From Mesotaenium endlicherianum (taxonomy: Eukaryota), in NCBI GenBank assembly GCA_009602735.1, contig WELA01003469.1, forward strand, positions 80,166 to 144,165: a stretch of DNA of 64,000 nucleotides. The letters run 5' to 3'. Shown here piece after piece: positions 25,290 to 39,519 of the stretch. Under the pieces are notes generated by a model, which was not told the origin of the DNA, ran no database searches, and saw only the letters and a list, made by a program, of their open reading frames with translations. Both the position numbers and the translations under genes were made by a program. The number at the start of each line of letters is the position of its first letter. Position 1 is the stretch's first letter.

Positions 25290-26758
25290 CGATGAATCAG
25301 TATATGTATATTGGTAGATATAATATTCATTTAAATAAAATAGTTAAATAAGTTCAGCCTGCTGAACTTTAGTTAGTATTGAGTCTGCTAGACTTTATAT
25401 AATTATTAGTTTGATGACTCAGCCGGGAGCAGCAGGCTGAAGTCAACTTAGATCAGCATGCTGACACATTCTTTGATAGTCAGCTGACTTCCGTACTCGG
25501 TAGCAGCGAACTGCCTAGATACGCATCTAAGTGTGGTGTGCTAGATGAATGGCCAGATGACATCCTTCGGATGGATGGCGTTTCGACATGATGGGAGATG
25601 GCGGTGGACTGGTTAACCGAGGTCCTACCAACGTGGTTAACTCCCGGGTAGGCGGTGCCATTGCACTGGCCGTTGAACAGTAAACTCATTCCATGTACAT
25701 ATGCTAGGTATTTCCCTTGAGTTCGGCATTCGGAAACGAAGCCAACTCTCTGGTACAGCTTACTGAGAGGGATCTGAATCCAAGGCGAGAAGCCATTGTC
25801 ATGATTTATTGAGTCGAAGTCGTTGCACGTACCCGAGCTACAAGCGTGTGAGCAATCAACCTCGAACGGGCATTTCCCTCTTGCATTTGTGTGATTTAGT
25901 TATTAAGTTGCTATGCTCGCTTAGCATCTCGCTTTTGATTGGACTGAGTAGTGACTAACCTATTGGAACGCTAGCACAATAGGTACATGCGTGTGTGTGC
26001 AAAGGTAGATCTTAGATACTGACTACGTACATTGGATCCGTGCCTAACCCGCCGGGTTTCCAGGAGTATAAGTACTAGAGGTGTCCCTAGAGAGACATCT
26101 TTTTAGAAGTCCCCATTATGCCAGTTGTAAGTCATAGAGATCATCAGTAAAGCTTACACTTTTATCTCTTGTGTTTTCAAGACCCCTTAGTTTCTCTCTT
26201 GTGAAGAGCAAGCCTTGCTGGCTTCCAGTCACTTGAAGAACTTTACAAGTGGTGAGCAAAGTCACAGCTTAAACCCATGCCATAGGACTACTCTTGAAGA
26301 TCATGATGTGCTTCCAGTGATCTTTTGGGCCATACTTCATTAGTTGTATTCCAACCAGTTTACAATTTTGAGGTGCTCACTCTGGAGAGTACACACTCCC
26401 TTGATTAAATCATCCAACACTTGCCTCCCTTTTTGGCTATAAAGCCACATGTATTGTAGACTTCAGTGCAGCAAAGCCTGCTTGCTTATTATGAATTGGT
26501 TGTGTCGATAGTACGCACCAGACTTCCTAGCGCACGACACCATTGATATGCACTGTCTCCTAGCCTTGCTTATGTGTGAATTTACTGATTGCATTATTGA
26601 TGCTAGTTTACTTCCATTTGACTTACGAGTATTGTCCAGTGCTAGTGTGTTGTCTTTTGTTGTTTAGTCAATTAACAGAAAATATCATAAAGATTACTTG
26701 CTGATATAAAGATCTTCATTAATTATTAATCGCCTATTTGGTAAGTTGATTCATTTCA
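25290..26758 (+). repeat. Older family A LTR, interrupted by another LTR
   Basis: Matches family A at 25290-25796 and 26540-26758; 5' terminus eroded. Confidence 0.88.
25797..26539. repeat. Solo LTR of an unrelated family (743 bp)
   Basis: TGTCATG...CACGACA inverted termini; 4-bp TSD CCAT. Confidence 0.78.
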
Positions 26759-29507
26759 AACATTCTCTTTTTCTAGAATTTGTGCAGGCTCCACAAGATG
26801 GTATATTCTACTACTTCTCAATTGTGTAAATAATACAATTCCTCCCACCCCTCTTCAATTTTGGTCAATGCGTGTCTTTGAGTTTTTCATCTTCAATTCT
26901 TTAGAAATTTTTTGTACCTTAGAACCAAACCAATAAAAATCTCGGAAGTGTTGCAGAAGTTACTATACTAGGGGGGCTCTTCACCCATGTTGAAGCGTTC
27001 ATAGCATTTGTGATTTACATAAATCAATTGCAAGCGGTGTAAGAATCAACATAATTCAAGAAATATATTGTTCTTAGACTTTCACTTTACTTTTCTTGAA
27101 ATACAAACTTCCAAAATCCTCAAACCTAAACCCATGTGGCTGGAGCTCCTTTGCTCTTAGCCACACTTATCCGTTCTTCACTGTGAGTATCTTCTTTTCC
27201 AGTTTTTCATTGAGAGCACAATCCTAGCATCTACTTATCGCAAAAGAATTTCTTACGACTTGAAAGCTGACCAACAATTTACCATCTTATACGTGTTCTG
27301 CACTCACTCGTTTTTGTCCTTGAATGCATTCAAGATTCTCCTAGCGGGTCAAATTTGCCAATCCTAGCCTGCCAAAAAATCAATTCTTATGTAAGAAACT
27401 CCTGAACGCTAGGTCGTCTAGTTATGACTGCGAATGAAAATTAAATCTCAAAAGGGTCGACAAAAATGTGGCTCATGACTCCTCATTGCCTTGATGATGC
27501 AATTCTTCCCTTCACGCCGTTTTTCTCTCTTTTCATTCGCGTAGAATATATTCCATCTTTTGCATGCATGTATTTCCACACAAGTTGGCATATGCAATTA
27601 TGATGTCAACTCGACCCAATTGTTCAAGCTTGTGTCGCCGAGCTCACTGAGACTACCTTACTGGAGTCGCGCGTGACTGGCTTGCCTCTGGAGGCGCGAT
27701 CAAGCTTTTGCGACTTCTTCCATGGTCCTTGTGCCGTGACGAATTTGCGGTGGCAAACCTGCCAGTGGACCAAGTGTTGATCTGGCCGCCCAGGTCACGC
27801 CGTCAAAGGTGTCGGACGCGTTGTGGCCTTTGTTGGCCCGACACTCGGTGAAGGAAAATCTGACCTGGCTTGTCCACCTTACCTATCCCAGGGTGTTGAG
27901 TTTTCTACAGTGCATCCCGCGCATGGGGTGCTAACTTTCGCAAGAAAGTGCCTACTATTGATTTTTTTCGCCAAACTTGTAAGTCGTGCCGCAAAGAAAT
28001 GCGTTTTATTGATTTTTTGCGCAGCTCCTAGGGCTAAATTTAGCCATTATTTTGATTTGCCGCAATTGAAAGAAAGTCACGATCCTGCCCCTTTTTTTCA
28101 AAAGAGTTATCAGCCCATGATCCCGCGTGATAAAGTCAAACTTAGTCCTATTCAGTTATCCAGCTCAGGTCAACCTTGTCAGGTTCATTGCTTGGTCTCT
28201 TGAAGTCAGCTGGACCCTGCCCTGCGCCGTACTTTGATTCACCGCAACGTCTGCTACACGTGTCAGACTAGTAACCTCCAGTCGCGACACTACTAGCCAC
28301 TTCCATTATAGACAACCAGAATCTACCTTTAAGATCTCTCTCTTCGTTCCATTCTGAAATATAATTATAAAAGGTGTTCGGGGGGACGTGCTTATAGGTC
28401 AGAAACTTATGTCTAATACGCAATAGTCTATCAGCTCTTGGAATAATAGAATATCATGAATTAAACCCCGATAGAAATAAGCTATCATTTCAAACAAAAT
28501 AACCAAACGTAAACAAATGTTGCTTAAAGACAAATTTCCCCCCCATGAAGTGACTATGCTTCTACACCTGTCTTTCTGCCTGACATTTTCTGGTTTGGTA
28601 TTGTCGCTAGTACTTACCCTCTTTCAGCGGGGTACAGATCTGGTACAATACGGCTGGATACAGCACTGACGTGCGCGTCAAATTACATATAATATGACAC
28701 GTTTGCTGGCAGTTTTGTAGTTATTGATATACGGCGAATCCGTCACTTCAACATGTGAGAACCTAGTCAAGTTTCTCCGTCAGCAAATGGCTAGATTGAC
28801 GCAGCATCACCCGGCCCCCACACACTTAATTCTTAGGTGAACTTATTGTACTGTTGTGCAGCAAAAGAATCGCCGTTTCTCAAAACCTGATTGACCGAAT
28901 TGCGTGCATCAATTATCTCGATCGCTTCCCACCCATTTCCACCACTTCCCACTCATTTATTAACCATGATCTGGTCAACATGTGGAGTACCTCCACCGGT
29001 AAGCTGATATATCCACTCTATTCTGCCTTTTTCTCGGTGTTGAGAGAAACATGTCGGTTAAGCCCGAAGAGATTGAGACCAGTGGATGAGCCTGCGAACG
29101 GTCGCCCAAGCCGTTCCAGTCATACCTCTTGCGAACGGCGTGTAATTGGTGAAGATAGCTCGCTGAGCGGAAGTGGCTAGCTTCGTGTTCATTTCCCGGA
29201 AGCAAGCGGGTGAAGAATTGCGGGAATACTAAAAGCTAGAGGAGTTCCATATTGCGGTAGTGGCTGACAGTGGCTATACACCTCTTAAGACACTAAGCTC
29301 ACAATCATTCGCATTGTTGCATGCATTTGTTGTATTGACTCGAGAAACTTATTTTTAATGCTTGATTTTTCAATAACGTTCCGGGTGCCTCGATAGCACC
29401 GATATACTTTGTGTATATAAATTCAAGTGAGGGCCGCACATTATCACTTATGTGGCATATGATGTGCTGGACAGCTTATTCTCTACTTGTCAAAATAATC
29501 GTCAAAA

Positions 29508-31580
29508 ATGGTGTATACCGCTGCTAAGATGAACGGGGATTTGGTAAAAGAAGCTAACAATAGCGGCCTTGGGCTTTGTAGTAATCCTCATGAAGAGCTG
29601 TGTGGCCCCCATTTATCGTCATCCTCAATGTCATCACCCCGCTCTGCTGGAGATTACAGGCGGATTGATTCAGTAAAGCAGGCATGTTACTCTAACGGCG
29701 ACATGCCGATATCTAGCGTGCATGAAAGTTCTCATCATCAAGCTGTCAGCCCCTGCGAGCTTCAGGCCTGGCACACGCACTGCTTATCCCCAACATCTCA
29801 GCACCAGGTACTGCTTTCCAGGTGCTTGACTCTTATTCGCTGCATATATCCTGCGCCCTGCCCAAGGAGCAAGTGCTGGCGCTATGGGAGCTAGGGGTTT
29901 ACTCTACCTTTGAGGCCTCATGTACAAGACTGGTACTGGCATGACGATGTGACGCCCTTGCATGCACGGTTGTCTCAAAGGCATGCGCACGTTTCTTGCT
30001 CCGTCTGACATCTTTGTGCTCCTGCAGGCTGATGCTCTCCCTCCGTGTGCCTGTCCTCTTGGTCCAGGTCAGTATGAACGGCAGCGCAGCCACGTCGCCT
30101 TCCGAGGCAGGTTCGCCCACCTCCGTTCTGACGAGAGACTCGGGGAGGACGTGGGATCTACTAGATGAGACGGCGGGGGAGATACAGAAGCTTGCTATTC
30201 ATGGCGGGGTCAACGGAGCAGGCAGCGCAGGCCTTCAAAGTCCTTATGCCTGCAGCTCTCCGCCGGGCCACCCCAGGCACCTTCCCAGCACTTCGCCCCC
30301 TGTGAGCTACAAGGGGCGTGCCTACGTGGTGGACAGGTCAGGGCAGCTGGCCTCATCCGACCAGCCAGCCTCTGTCCGCCACATGTCCCGCCTGGGTGGG
30401 CCTGCCAGGCATGCAAGGATGGGCTGGAAGGAGGGGATGCGGTTGCACGCGTGTGATGTACGTCCTCCATCCTTCCTGCTGTGGTCAAGGGTTCCTGATG
30501 CGCTCCGTCAAAGAGTTGGATGTGTCGGGCGTGTAATGTGTTCAGCTGGGGGTTATATCACGCGCTGTTTTGTGCAAATGTGCGGCTTCGGTAATGATGG
30601 CTTACAAAGACGGTAGCAGGATACTCTCAGTGGCTTGACACCCCTTTCGTTCGTCAATTTATGAAGAGAAGCTCCAGGGAAACATCTACTGCTTGTTGCC
30701 CTTGTTCTTACTAAGGGTGCACAGTGACGTACACAACTGCTATTGCACGCGAAGAGTGCGTGCGTTGTCTCGCCAGCCAACTGACTCCCTCCCGCCGCCT
30801 GACCGCGGTCCCCTGTGCCCGCAGGTGGACCCCACGGAGAGCGCTGCCATGCTAAAAAACTCCCCACAGTACGTGGCTGTGCAGCAGCAGCAGCAGCAGC
30901 AGGCAGCACAAGGTTACCACGCCTCGTTGAGGTCACCCCCGAGCATCGCCTTCCAAAGAAGGTGTGTCGGCGGGGAGTCTCGACACGCAAGCAGAGTTGT
31001 TCCTGCGGGGGTCGACGCGTACAGCAGCTACGGCCGCAGCCTGAAGGCGGCCTTCATCGACGAGCAGATCAGCCTGAGCCACAGCAATAGCAGCCGGCGG
31101 GAGGCAGCGGCTGGGACGGGCGTGTTTCTGCCCCCCTGCATCGCCGGCGGCGCCAACTACCGCAGCAAGGGGAAGTGTGCGACGGCTGCCCTTCAGCCCA
31201 CCCGGCTTGTGGACGCGTTCAATGTGCAGCAACAGCAGCAGCAGCAGGATTTGGAGGAAGCTGCCCGGCCGATTGCCATTCCCTACTTCCGGCATGCTCC
31301 CGCTGCCACCGCCGCTGCTGCTGCCATCGCCCGAGGGCTGCCGTCTCAGCTGAAGAGGGCGGTGTACAGTCAGCTCCCTCCGGCGCAGGTGGCAGAGGGG
31401 AGTTGCCGGCCCTCCCGCGCCCATCATGCCCCCGCCCACGGAGCCAAAAGCCCCCCCACTATTCCGTGTTCCCCCCCGCAGGTGTACCATAAGACCGACA
31501 ACGAGTGTGGGGCCTTCCCAGACGAGCCTCTGTGTGAAGGCGACGCCATTAGGAACCTCCCTTCTGAATGGGTGTACTGA
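29508..31580 (+). CDS. Host gene, plant-type uncharacterised family (often labelled 'TIP41-like'); predicted exons 29508-29807, 30068-30301, 30825-31580 (~429 aa)
   Basis: Phase-0 GT-AG junctions; motifs TWDLLDETAGEIQKL, GTGVFLP and terminal LPSEWVY*. Start and exon 2 boundaries are less certain. Confidence 0.72.
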
Positions 31581-33112
31581 AAGAAAGCGAGCAAAGATTG
31601 GTTACATTATAAAGGGTGGCCTGGTCCTCAAACCGGAGGATCGACACCCCCCCAACAGCACCTGTCCGCTTGTTGACACGTGTGCACGCCGACGCGCTAA
31701 GGATGCGTCCAAAGTGCGACAGCTTTTTAAGTTGTTTCAAGTTAGTTGCCGTTGTCGACGCGTTAAGGATGCATCTGAAGTGCGTCGGCTTTTAAAGTTA
31801 TTTTAAGTTAGTTGGCATAGTCTAGGCTAGCCTTAAAAATAACAAAATGAAGCTGGTGAGGAAGGCACACCCGCTCTCGACTCGAGTGGCAGCTGAATAA
31901 AAGAGGCTGGGCTGTCTGCACTCGCTGGCCAGGAGAGGCCAGGCCTCTCCCGGGTATACTGGTCGCCAGAGCGGCTTGAAAACATGAGATGCCTTATGCA
32001 TCCGCCATCATTGTTACACCATGGGTGTGTAAAGCGCTTCCAGCCCAAGTTGATGGAGGTTGAATAAAGCCGGCGCATTTGGCCGGTTCAAGGTGGATAT
32101 GGCTTGGCAGAGCCATGTGAAGGGGGAGGTGGGTATAATCTGTTACAGAGTACAGACGTAGGGGCAGGTAGAGCATGTGGGACCAGGATGCGTAGAGCTT
32201 CCCACATTGAGCAGTTTTGTATGGCAAGGTTGAATCACTGGGTCACGTCACGTGCTGCTTGGAAGTCACATGCACAAGGAGGAAAGTACAGGGCAGTTCA
32301 ACACTTAGGCAAAGGACGTGGTCACTGTGTTCAGCAGTTAGGCTGTAGCCCTCAGATGTGACGCTGGGAGTGGAAAGATATTGTGCTCTCAGTCTTCCAC
32401 TTGGTCAATTCGACACTGTCAATGTCAATGTAACAGACTCAGTGAAAAGCGAATGAACTCTCTTCTTCCGGCTGACCTTGTTCGGCCCTACTTGGGCACA
32501 TTGTGGAATCAACAGGCCAGGCACCGTGAATGAAATGTGGTCATAATGTGCAAGCCGGGAGAAGCCGCGAGCATTGTCAGCGAGGACACCTAAGTGGGAC
32601 AGTCCGAGCTGAGTGGGACAGGAGGAACTCGCGCTTGTTACTAGGGGGCTCAGGTGAGCATTGTAAGGGGCTCAACCAACCAACTGACGACTCTCCAATC
32701 AGATCAACAAAAAGGAGGAAATGTGTAATTTATCTCAAATTATTTTGGCGCCCAGCGCCAGGAGAGAAGAGAAGAGCTCATGTCCCACTGTCTTTTATCC
32801 TTAACCCCAAACTCTGCCCCCGTCCCACTTCTGACCCACCCACACTCAAGACCGTCACACTGCCTCCACGGATCCCTGAAGTATCGGGCCGTTAAATCTC
32901 TCAGACATAAACCTTGAGCTGTCTGACTGAGAGACCCTCACCTGCATCACCTCCACTGTCTGTAGAGCACACGCCCGGGTCCAGGCGTGCGCACTGCCCG
33001 TGGCCGCCTCAGGGCGTCGGTCACCATGAGGACTAGAGAAACAGAGCGAGCGAGCACACACGCACGTCGTGAGAGCCAGATCTGAGGGCAAACCAGATTC
33101 CAGGCCTGCCAC

Positions 33113-36100
33113 TCACGAGTGGCGCAGCTCCGACACGGCGAGCTGTGCATCGATCTCCAGCACCAACCTCCGCGCCAAGCGCCGGGCCACCGACAGCATG
33201 TCGGTGACGACCGAGACGTCGAGCCCCCGGGCCCCCCGCTTGGAGACCCCTCGGATGGAGCCCTTGCCGGTGGCGGCCACCGTCATGGCCGCCGACATCT
33301 GCGCCTCCTCGTCGCCGGATGCGTCCACGATGTAGTGCGCGCCCACCTGCAGCGCTCATCAGTGCAGACACAGGACGTGTCAGTGCACCACCGGTACGCG
33401 CCAATGCGTGGGAGGAGATGAGAGTGAAGGACCTGGAGAAGGGGCGTAGAGCGTTTGCGTTGGCATTGCAATACAAAGCCTCGCACTGACAGGCTGGGAA
33501 CAGAAACAACACTCAAGCACCCCCCCTCCGCCCTCCTTGATAACAGCCAGCCTCTGGGTCCCAAACACACCACCCTCTGTACCACCTCTCCTCTCCTCTT
33601 GAAAAGAGGCAATCTCTAAGCTCCGAGCCCAGCCTCCAGTGGGTCAGGCAGGGTCTGGCTGATGAGGCGGGTGCCCGCTTGAATGTGCGACGCACATCCA
33701 CCACAACCGCACGCATGCTCTAAGGACCCCAACCGTCACCTCCGTGCCTTCTGTCGGGCCACGCTCCACTCGTTCTCGTGCGCGCCCTAAAGGCTAACAA
33801 AGAAGAGGAGAGAAAGGGGGGCCTCCGGGCGGCAAGGAGCGTCGGTCTCCTCCACGGAAAAATGCCCGACAACCAAGTGGTGGCGTGACATGTCGTGCCG
33901 CTCATTTGGTCATGGTCCCCTGAGACGAGGAAGTCTCCGCGCCCAGAGGTGTAAGATGCGCATGCATGAAAGAGTTGCGTGGTCGACACTGAGCTCACGT
34001 CTTGCAGACCTTCGCCCACGCACTATCCAGGATGGTTGACCTGAGCTGCCCCCTATGCAGCAATTTGTGACAGGCAGCGGGCAAGGACTCCAGATGAGCA
34101 GCCCGGACCGCCGGCCAGCATGACCTCCAGAAGTGTCCCAGCCACAAGCAGCAGTCTGTTGGCAGGGGGGGAGCCAGAAGAAGGAGGGGGCTGACCTGGG
34201 TGAGCGTGATGACGGCGGGCACGTTGCTGATGTCCAGCAGGGTGCTCTCCTCGTCGCTGATGTCAAAGTCCTCCACCTCGTCCGCGTTCTCGCCTTCGCC
34301 CTTGATCAGGTCCACCTTGGGCAGCCGCGTGTTCCCCAGCGCCGCCTGTGCCCCCCCCCTCCGTCCCCCACCCAGAAAGAAGAAAAGGAGAGAAGCTCGA
34401 GCCAGAAACGTCAGCACGGAGAGCTTCGGAAAAGTACGGGGGTCACCCGACGCACGGCAGCCGGCCAGTCTGGAGCCCGTGCCAAATATTCCGTCAGGCT
34501 GTGCCTGCGCAGTTTTGTAGCCAAGCCAAGTTCTGCAAGAGACCGAGGGCCCGCCGTGGCAGCGTACACAAACTCCCCCCCCCCCTCTCCCCCCCCAGGC
34601 CTCCACACCCACCCTCCTCAGAGAAGCACACTCGGTGCATGGAAAATTGCGAGAGCACCAGAGGGGTCACTGGGGACCCAAGGAAGAGGGTGTGCGCGCG
34701 TATCCTCGACGCTCGGTTGAGCCAGACGGCGGCGGCCTGACAGTGTGAGCGATTGACCGGCTGGCCAACACAGCGGGCGGGAGAGTGAGGCGCGGACCCG
34801 GAGGGCGATGCAGAGCGCGTCAAGCACGTTGCCGTCGTCGTTGAGCAGCAGCGCGTCCAGGTGCAGCGCCCAGCTCAGCTTGCCGCGCACAATGCACAGC
34901 CCCGCCAGGTCCACCGCGCACCCTGCCGCCAACAACCCCCCCCCCCAAAAAAAAACCAGCACCAGCACCATCGTCATCATCGTGTCCATACCCGTGCCTG
35001 TGCCCGCAGCTATGCCCCCACACGTGCTCATCTCAATGTGTGGGATGTGCGATCGGGATGGCCTCCGACGGACGGATCACTCCCCTCCAGAAGAACAAGT
35101 GGCGACATCAGCAGCAGGAGCAGCAGCAGCAGCAGCAGGCCTTCCGTCGGACGCGCTCCCTCACACAGAGGCATCGAGCTTGCGCAAGCGTACGTGCGTG
35201 GGGATGTACGCGAATGCCCACACTTGCATCTGCCTGTATGGATGCCCACATGCTGCGAGCATATCATTCGGCTTACCGTGCGGAAAAAACACGTGAGGTT
35301 GACCACCTGTCAGCTCCCGGGTCATCTGACGGATGCTTACCCGATGCATAACCCCGAACCTAAACCCCCTCCAGAGACTGCGACACCAGCGGCGTCACAG
35401 CAGAAAGGTGAAATGGGATAAGGCTCCTCTACTACCAGGGTGACCAGCGGCCTCGCCCCTCCCTTTCAAGTGACGTCAGTTGTCACCCCTGCCCATGAGC
35501 AGCCCTCATCCTAGGGTGAACTAAGCAGGCACAGAGTGAGCAACTCCTACTCAAGCATGCACACGCTTGGCACCACTATCACCATGCGCAAAATTCTCAT
35601 GTGCACGCAGTTGCAGAGTTGAAGAGTATGACTGCGTGCCCATGTGTATGTATGTGTGTGTGTGTGTGTGTGGGTGTGTCTGTGCGCGTGCGTATGTGTG
35701 TGCATGCGTGCGCATGTGGGTGTGGGAATGAGCCTGCACGTTCACACGTAAATCTTGCGTTTGAGCATACACAACGTCTTGCAAGAGGGCCAGAAAAGCA
35801 CCCGGGCAGGCGCAAGCGGAGGACAGCCGCAGCCATACATGCACGCGTGCATGCGCACGCACACTTGCGATAGGACAGCAGACCTACCGGCGCCAGAGGA
35901 GCCGCCCAAAAAGCAGCGCTCAATTGCGTGTGTCAGGTCGGATGCCATGTCCTCGCCCCCTCTTCCCTGCAACCCCCCCACAGCTTGACCACGAAAAAGG
36001 GTCAGAATGTGCCTCTCTTCTTGAAAGAAGAGTGTGTGGGAGAGGTCAAGTCCCGAGCAGCAATGGCATGAGCAAGCAGCCCCCTCTCACCGGCCGTGAT

Positions 36101-37299
36101 TCAGTCATGCCTCACAGCAGCAGGAGTTCTCTTCCCCCCTCTGTCTACGAACCTCAGTGTACCCACCATGGACATCCACATTTGAGAACCACGGGTTAAA
36201 AAACGTAGATGGTGCCAAAAGACAGGAACCTTGGACCACCCGTGGGCGCATCTGGCGCATGCTCCTGCAGGCATGCACTTGTCCGCACCCCAGGCACCGC
36301 CAGCCCTGGAGCGCACCAGGTATCAGCGCTGAAGCACAGCAGCCACGCCACTCGCTGGGGTGGAGAGAGGCAGGAGCTGACCTCAAAATCGGGGGTGGCG
36401 GTGGGGGAGCATTCGACGCTGATGAACACGTTGCCATGGTGCGGGCGCCCGTCGGCCGGCCTGCCCACCTCCGCCTGCCGCCATCCCTCATCAACATCAT
36501 GATCATCAGTATGAGCGCACGAGGAGTGTCCCCCCCAAGATTCGTGACGTCCCACCACAGCCGCGCAAGAATCATGCATAGCAGAAACACCACACCCACA
36601 GACCCCCCCCCGCCCCTCCACCCTCCTGCCTGGAGCCCATGCCTCTTCCTTACACCCACAAGCACACAAGGGAGAGCACCGCGCTGCTGAACCCTAACCC
36701 CCCAAGGGGCACGTACATGATCAAGGCTTCCTTCTTTTTCAGGAGGAGAAGAAGAGCATGCTTGTTGGCCTCGAGCGGAGGAGCCAGGAGGGCATCAGCC
36801 GCATTCCATTTCTTGCCGGATGACGCCATCAAGGTCTATGCTGGCTGACGGACAGCCAGGGTTTATCCCCGTCAGGTCCAGTCAGTCCGGATCGAGGCGC
36901 CCTGCATGAGCTCAAGAATGTCGGACCTCTAGAAGCCGTCAGAAATCGCCATGCCACGGTTTTTGGAACCCCCTCTCCAAGGTTGGAAGGCCTCTTGCTA
37001 TAAGCCCAGCTAAACCCTGCAGTGTCTTGGTTTTGAGAGGAACGACGCGCTCAGAAGAAGCCCGCACAATGCAGGTCTGCGGAGACGCGTCTGCGCGGGG
37101 GCATGGTGTCTGGGAGGAGAGAGAGACCAGCACGAGAGCACGCACACACACCTTGACAGTTGCAATCACGTCTGTGTTGCCCAGCTGCACCCTCGCAGAT
37201 CCGTTTGCCTGCGGGACCACTGGCGGAACTTTTGAGAGAAGGAGCTGGCCTGTAGTCTCAGACAAGGCCTCCCACTCGAGTCAAGTGGGTGTGTGTGTG

Positions 37300-37374
<75 letters not shown>

Positions 37375-38264
37375 NNNNNNNNNNNNNNNNNNNNNNNNGG
37401 GGGGAGAGGGGGAGGGGGGGGAGGTTGAGACTCGGAGCTGTGAGCTATTAGCTGCAGTCAGTCACTGAACGTATCATTCTCCCGGTCAACGTCCGCCTCT
37501 AGTGTGGTTTGGGAAGCTCAGCATGCAGCCATTTTGCGGGGCCAGGAATGCGCTGCAGTAGTCAAAGGAGACGCCTGAATCGTCAAGAAGAAAGGGGGGG
37601 AACTGCCATGCGAGGCAAGAGAACGGTATGTACGGTGATGCACACCATGCCTCTGATTGGCGGTTCTCATGTGCAGAGAGAATGTTTAGTGTGTCAGAAA
37701 AAGCGTGCAGCCCCGATGCGACTACCTTATTCTGTTAGGTACAGGAGCAAGCAGAATGACTTCGTCAACAAAGGCTTCTGTCAAACTTAATGGCACCATC
37801 TATATTAACACACTTTGCTCCTTATTTGTATGCAATCTTAGGACACAATGAGCATGTTAATCAATATTCTCGCACATGCATACCCTTGCAGAAGCCTCCT
37901 CTCAGTCTGATCATAAACTTCCGATAGTCACTACAGGTTAGCGAATGGCTACTTGTAATGAGGACATTGCATGAACGTGATGCGAAATTGGTTATTAAGA
38001 AAAGACTGAAACTGAGAGTAGCAAGCCAGTCAAGGGTCAGTCGTTCACATCTGACCATTGACTCTCGGCGAGCTTCAGGTCGTACATATACTGAAGATGA
38101 CTAATGTTTTGGGCTTTGTCCATGAACCAAAAGCTGACCTGAGATACAACGCCTGTCTCAATAGTGAAGGGCCTATAATCTTCACGTGCCCGTCCGTCAC
38201 ACCTCAAGTCTTGCGCAATTCCATCTGCTATGTAAGTCCTCTCTCCTGCTGATAATCTCCCCAT
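33113..38264 (-). CDS. RRP42: Exosome complex component RRP42 (RNase PH family), 287 aa; exons 38264-38139, 37208-37152, 36474-36382, 35966-35888, 34922-34798, 34345-34196, 33346-33113
   Basis: Spliced translation MGRLSAGERTYIADGIAQDLRCDGR..ANGSARV..ECSPTA..FEGRGGE..W.LHLDALLLNDDGNVLDAL..AALGNTRLP..YIVDAS..EE; all introns GT-AG with consistent phases. Confidence 0.93.
37303..37374. repeat. (GA)n microsatellite in RRP42 intron 1, next to a gap
   Basis: Direct observation. Confidence 0.98.
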
Positions 38265-39388
38265 ATGACCAGCTTACCGCTAATTGTCCCAATTATTATA
38301 CTGCGTAAATTTATAGCATAGCTTTAAGCCAACAGCCCCTATCAGGGTCAAAACTTTCAGGTATTCCCTCAACTCAAATGGCCACATCTGCCATGCATAT
38401 CAACATACAAAATACAGCTTTAAGTACTTTGTATAAATCGGGCAATCGACTATCGACTCACAAAAGCTGTTAGAAATGACGCGCTTGTTCATCTACTCTC
38501 ATCACATGTTCCGCGTGGTCCTCGACCCTCCAAGTCCAGCCTTTCCAGAACACTTGAACCAACTTGAACAAAGGCTATGAACTTAGATGGTCCAGCGACA
38601 GAATATCTCATGCAACCGCGTCAGCGTGTCAGGAGTGAGCTGAGCTTCATTTGATCCGGACAAAGGCAGCAGATGAGTAGAGCAGCCACATTTTCCCTTC
38701 TAGCTCAAACATGCCTCCATGCACCTTCGCTTGCACGTATCCGGTTTAAGGCTCCGGGACCTCCGTCCACTTCAATCTGTTTGGCTTTATTTGGTTTCAG
38801 GAGCTCACGATGAAAGCCGAAGCACGCGCGGCAAAGGGTGTCTCGTGCTAGCAAAGCTGAGCAAAGCACTCGTGCTGCATGGCTTCGTCTGATCATTGCA
38901 GGTTCTTGCGAGTTCCTGCGCGCCTTTCAAGCACCGAAAAAATCCTCCGGAAAATAGGTCTCCCGAAAGTCGACATAATTCGGGAGACGCTCATAAGATC
39001 CGATTTCCCTGGAACCGATACAGGAATTTACGACTTCGGAACTTCACTCCCGTGGGAATATATTTAGGAGCCATTTCATTCTGACGCAGCTATACGGAGC
39101 GGGCCGGCAGCTCACAGAAGCTGTAAGTTTCCGGGTAGAAAAATATTTCTCTAAAGGTCGGCTGAAGAAGTTTTTTGTTCACACGTGTTGCCACGTTTTT
39201 TGTCCACACAATTTCACCTTATCTGTAGCGATATTTCGCCAATCCGTCTGTACGACTAAATATTTATCGCCAATACATCTTCACGACTGTACTTTATTGA
39301 TGTCAACTCTCTAATGACAACTTCAATGCCATTCACAGAGTCCCAGATGGAGAACCCTTCTCCACGGTTTTCCCGCGCATCTGGCAGT

Positions 39389-39519
39389 TGAGAATTGAAA
39401 TCTACTCACCGATAGACGATTAAGTATTAATAAAGATCTTAATATCAGCGAGTAATCTTTATGGTGTTTTCTGTTACCTGATTAAACAGCAAAAGATAAA
39501 TGTGCTAGCGGTGGACAAT
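39389..39519 (-). repeat. End of an old family A LTR, split by the 39520-52016 insertion
   Basis: Diverged LTR end; continues at 52017 across TSD ACAAT. Confidence 0.82.

Noticed and set aside
26760..29500. Possible genes or TEs upstream of the + gene (also 23453-24255)
   Set aside because: No supportable coding motifs, termini or repeats seen; left unannotated.
32500..37300. Many overlapping ORFs in the GC-rich region
   Set aside because: Shadow ORFs of RRP42 exons and GC-rich introns.
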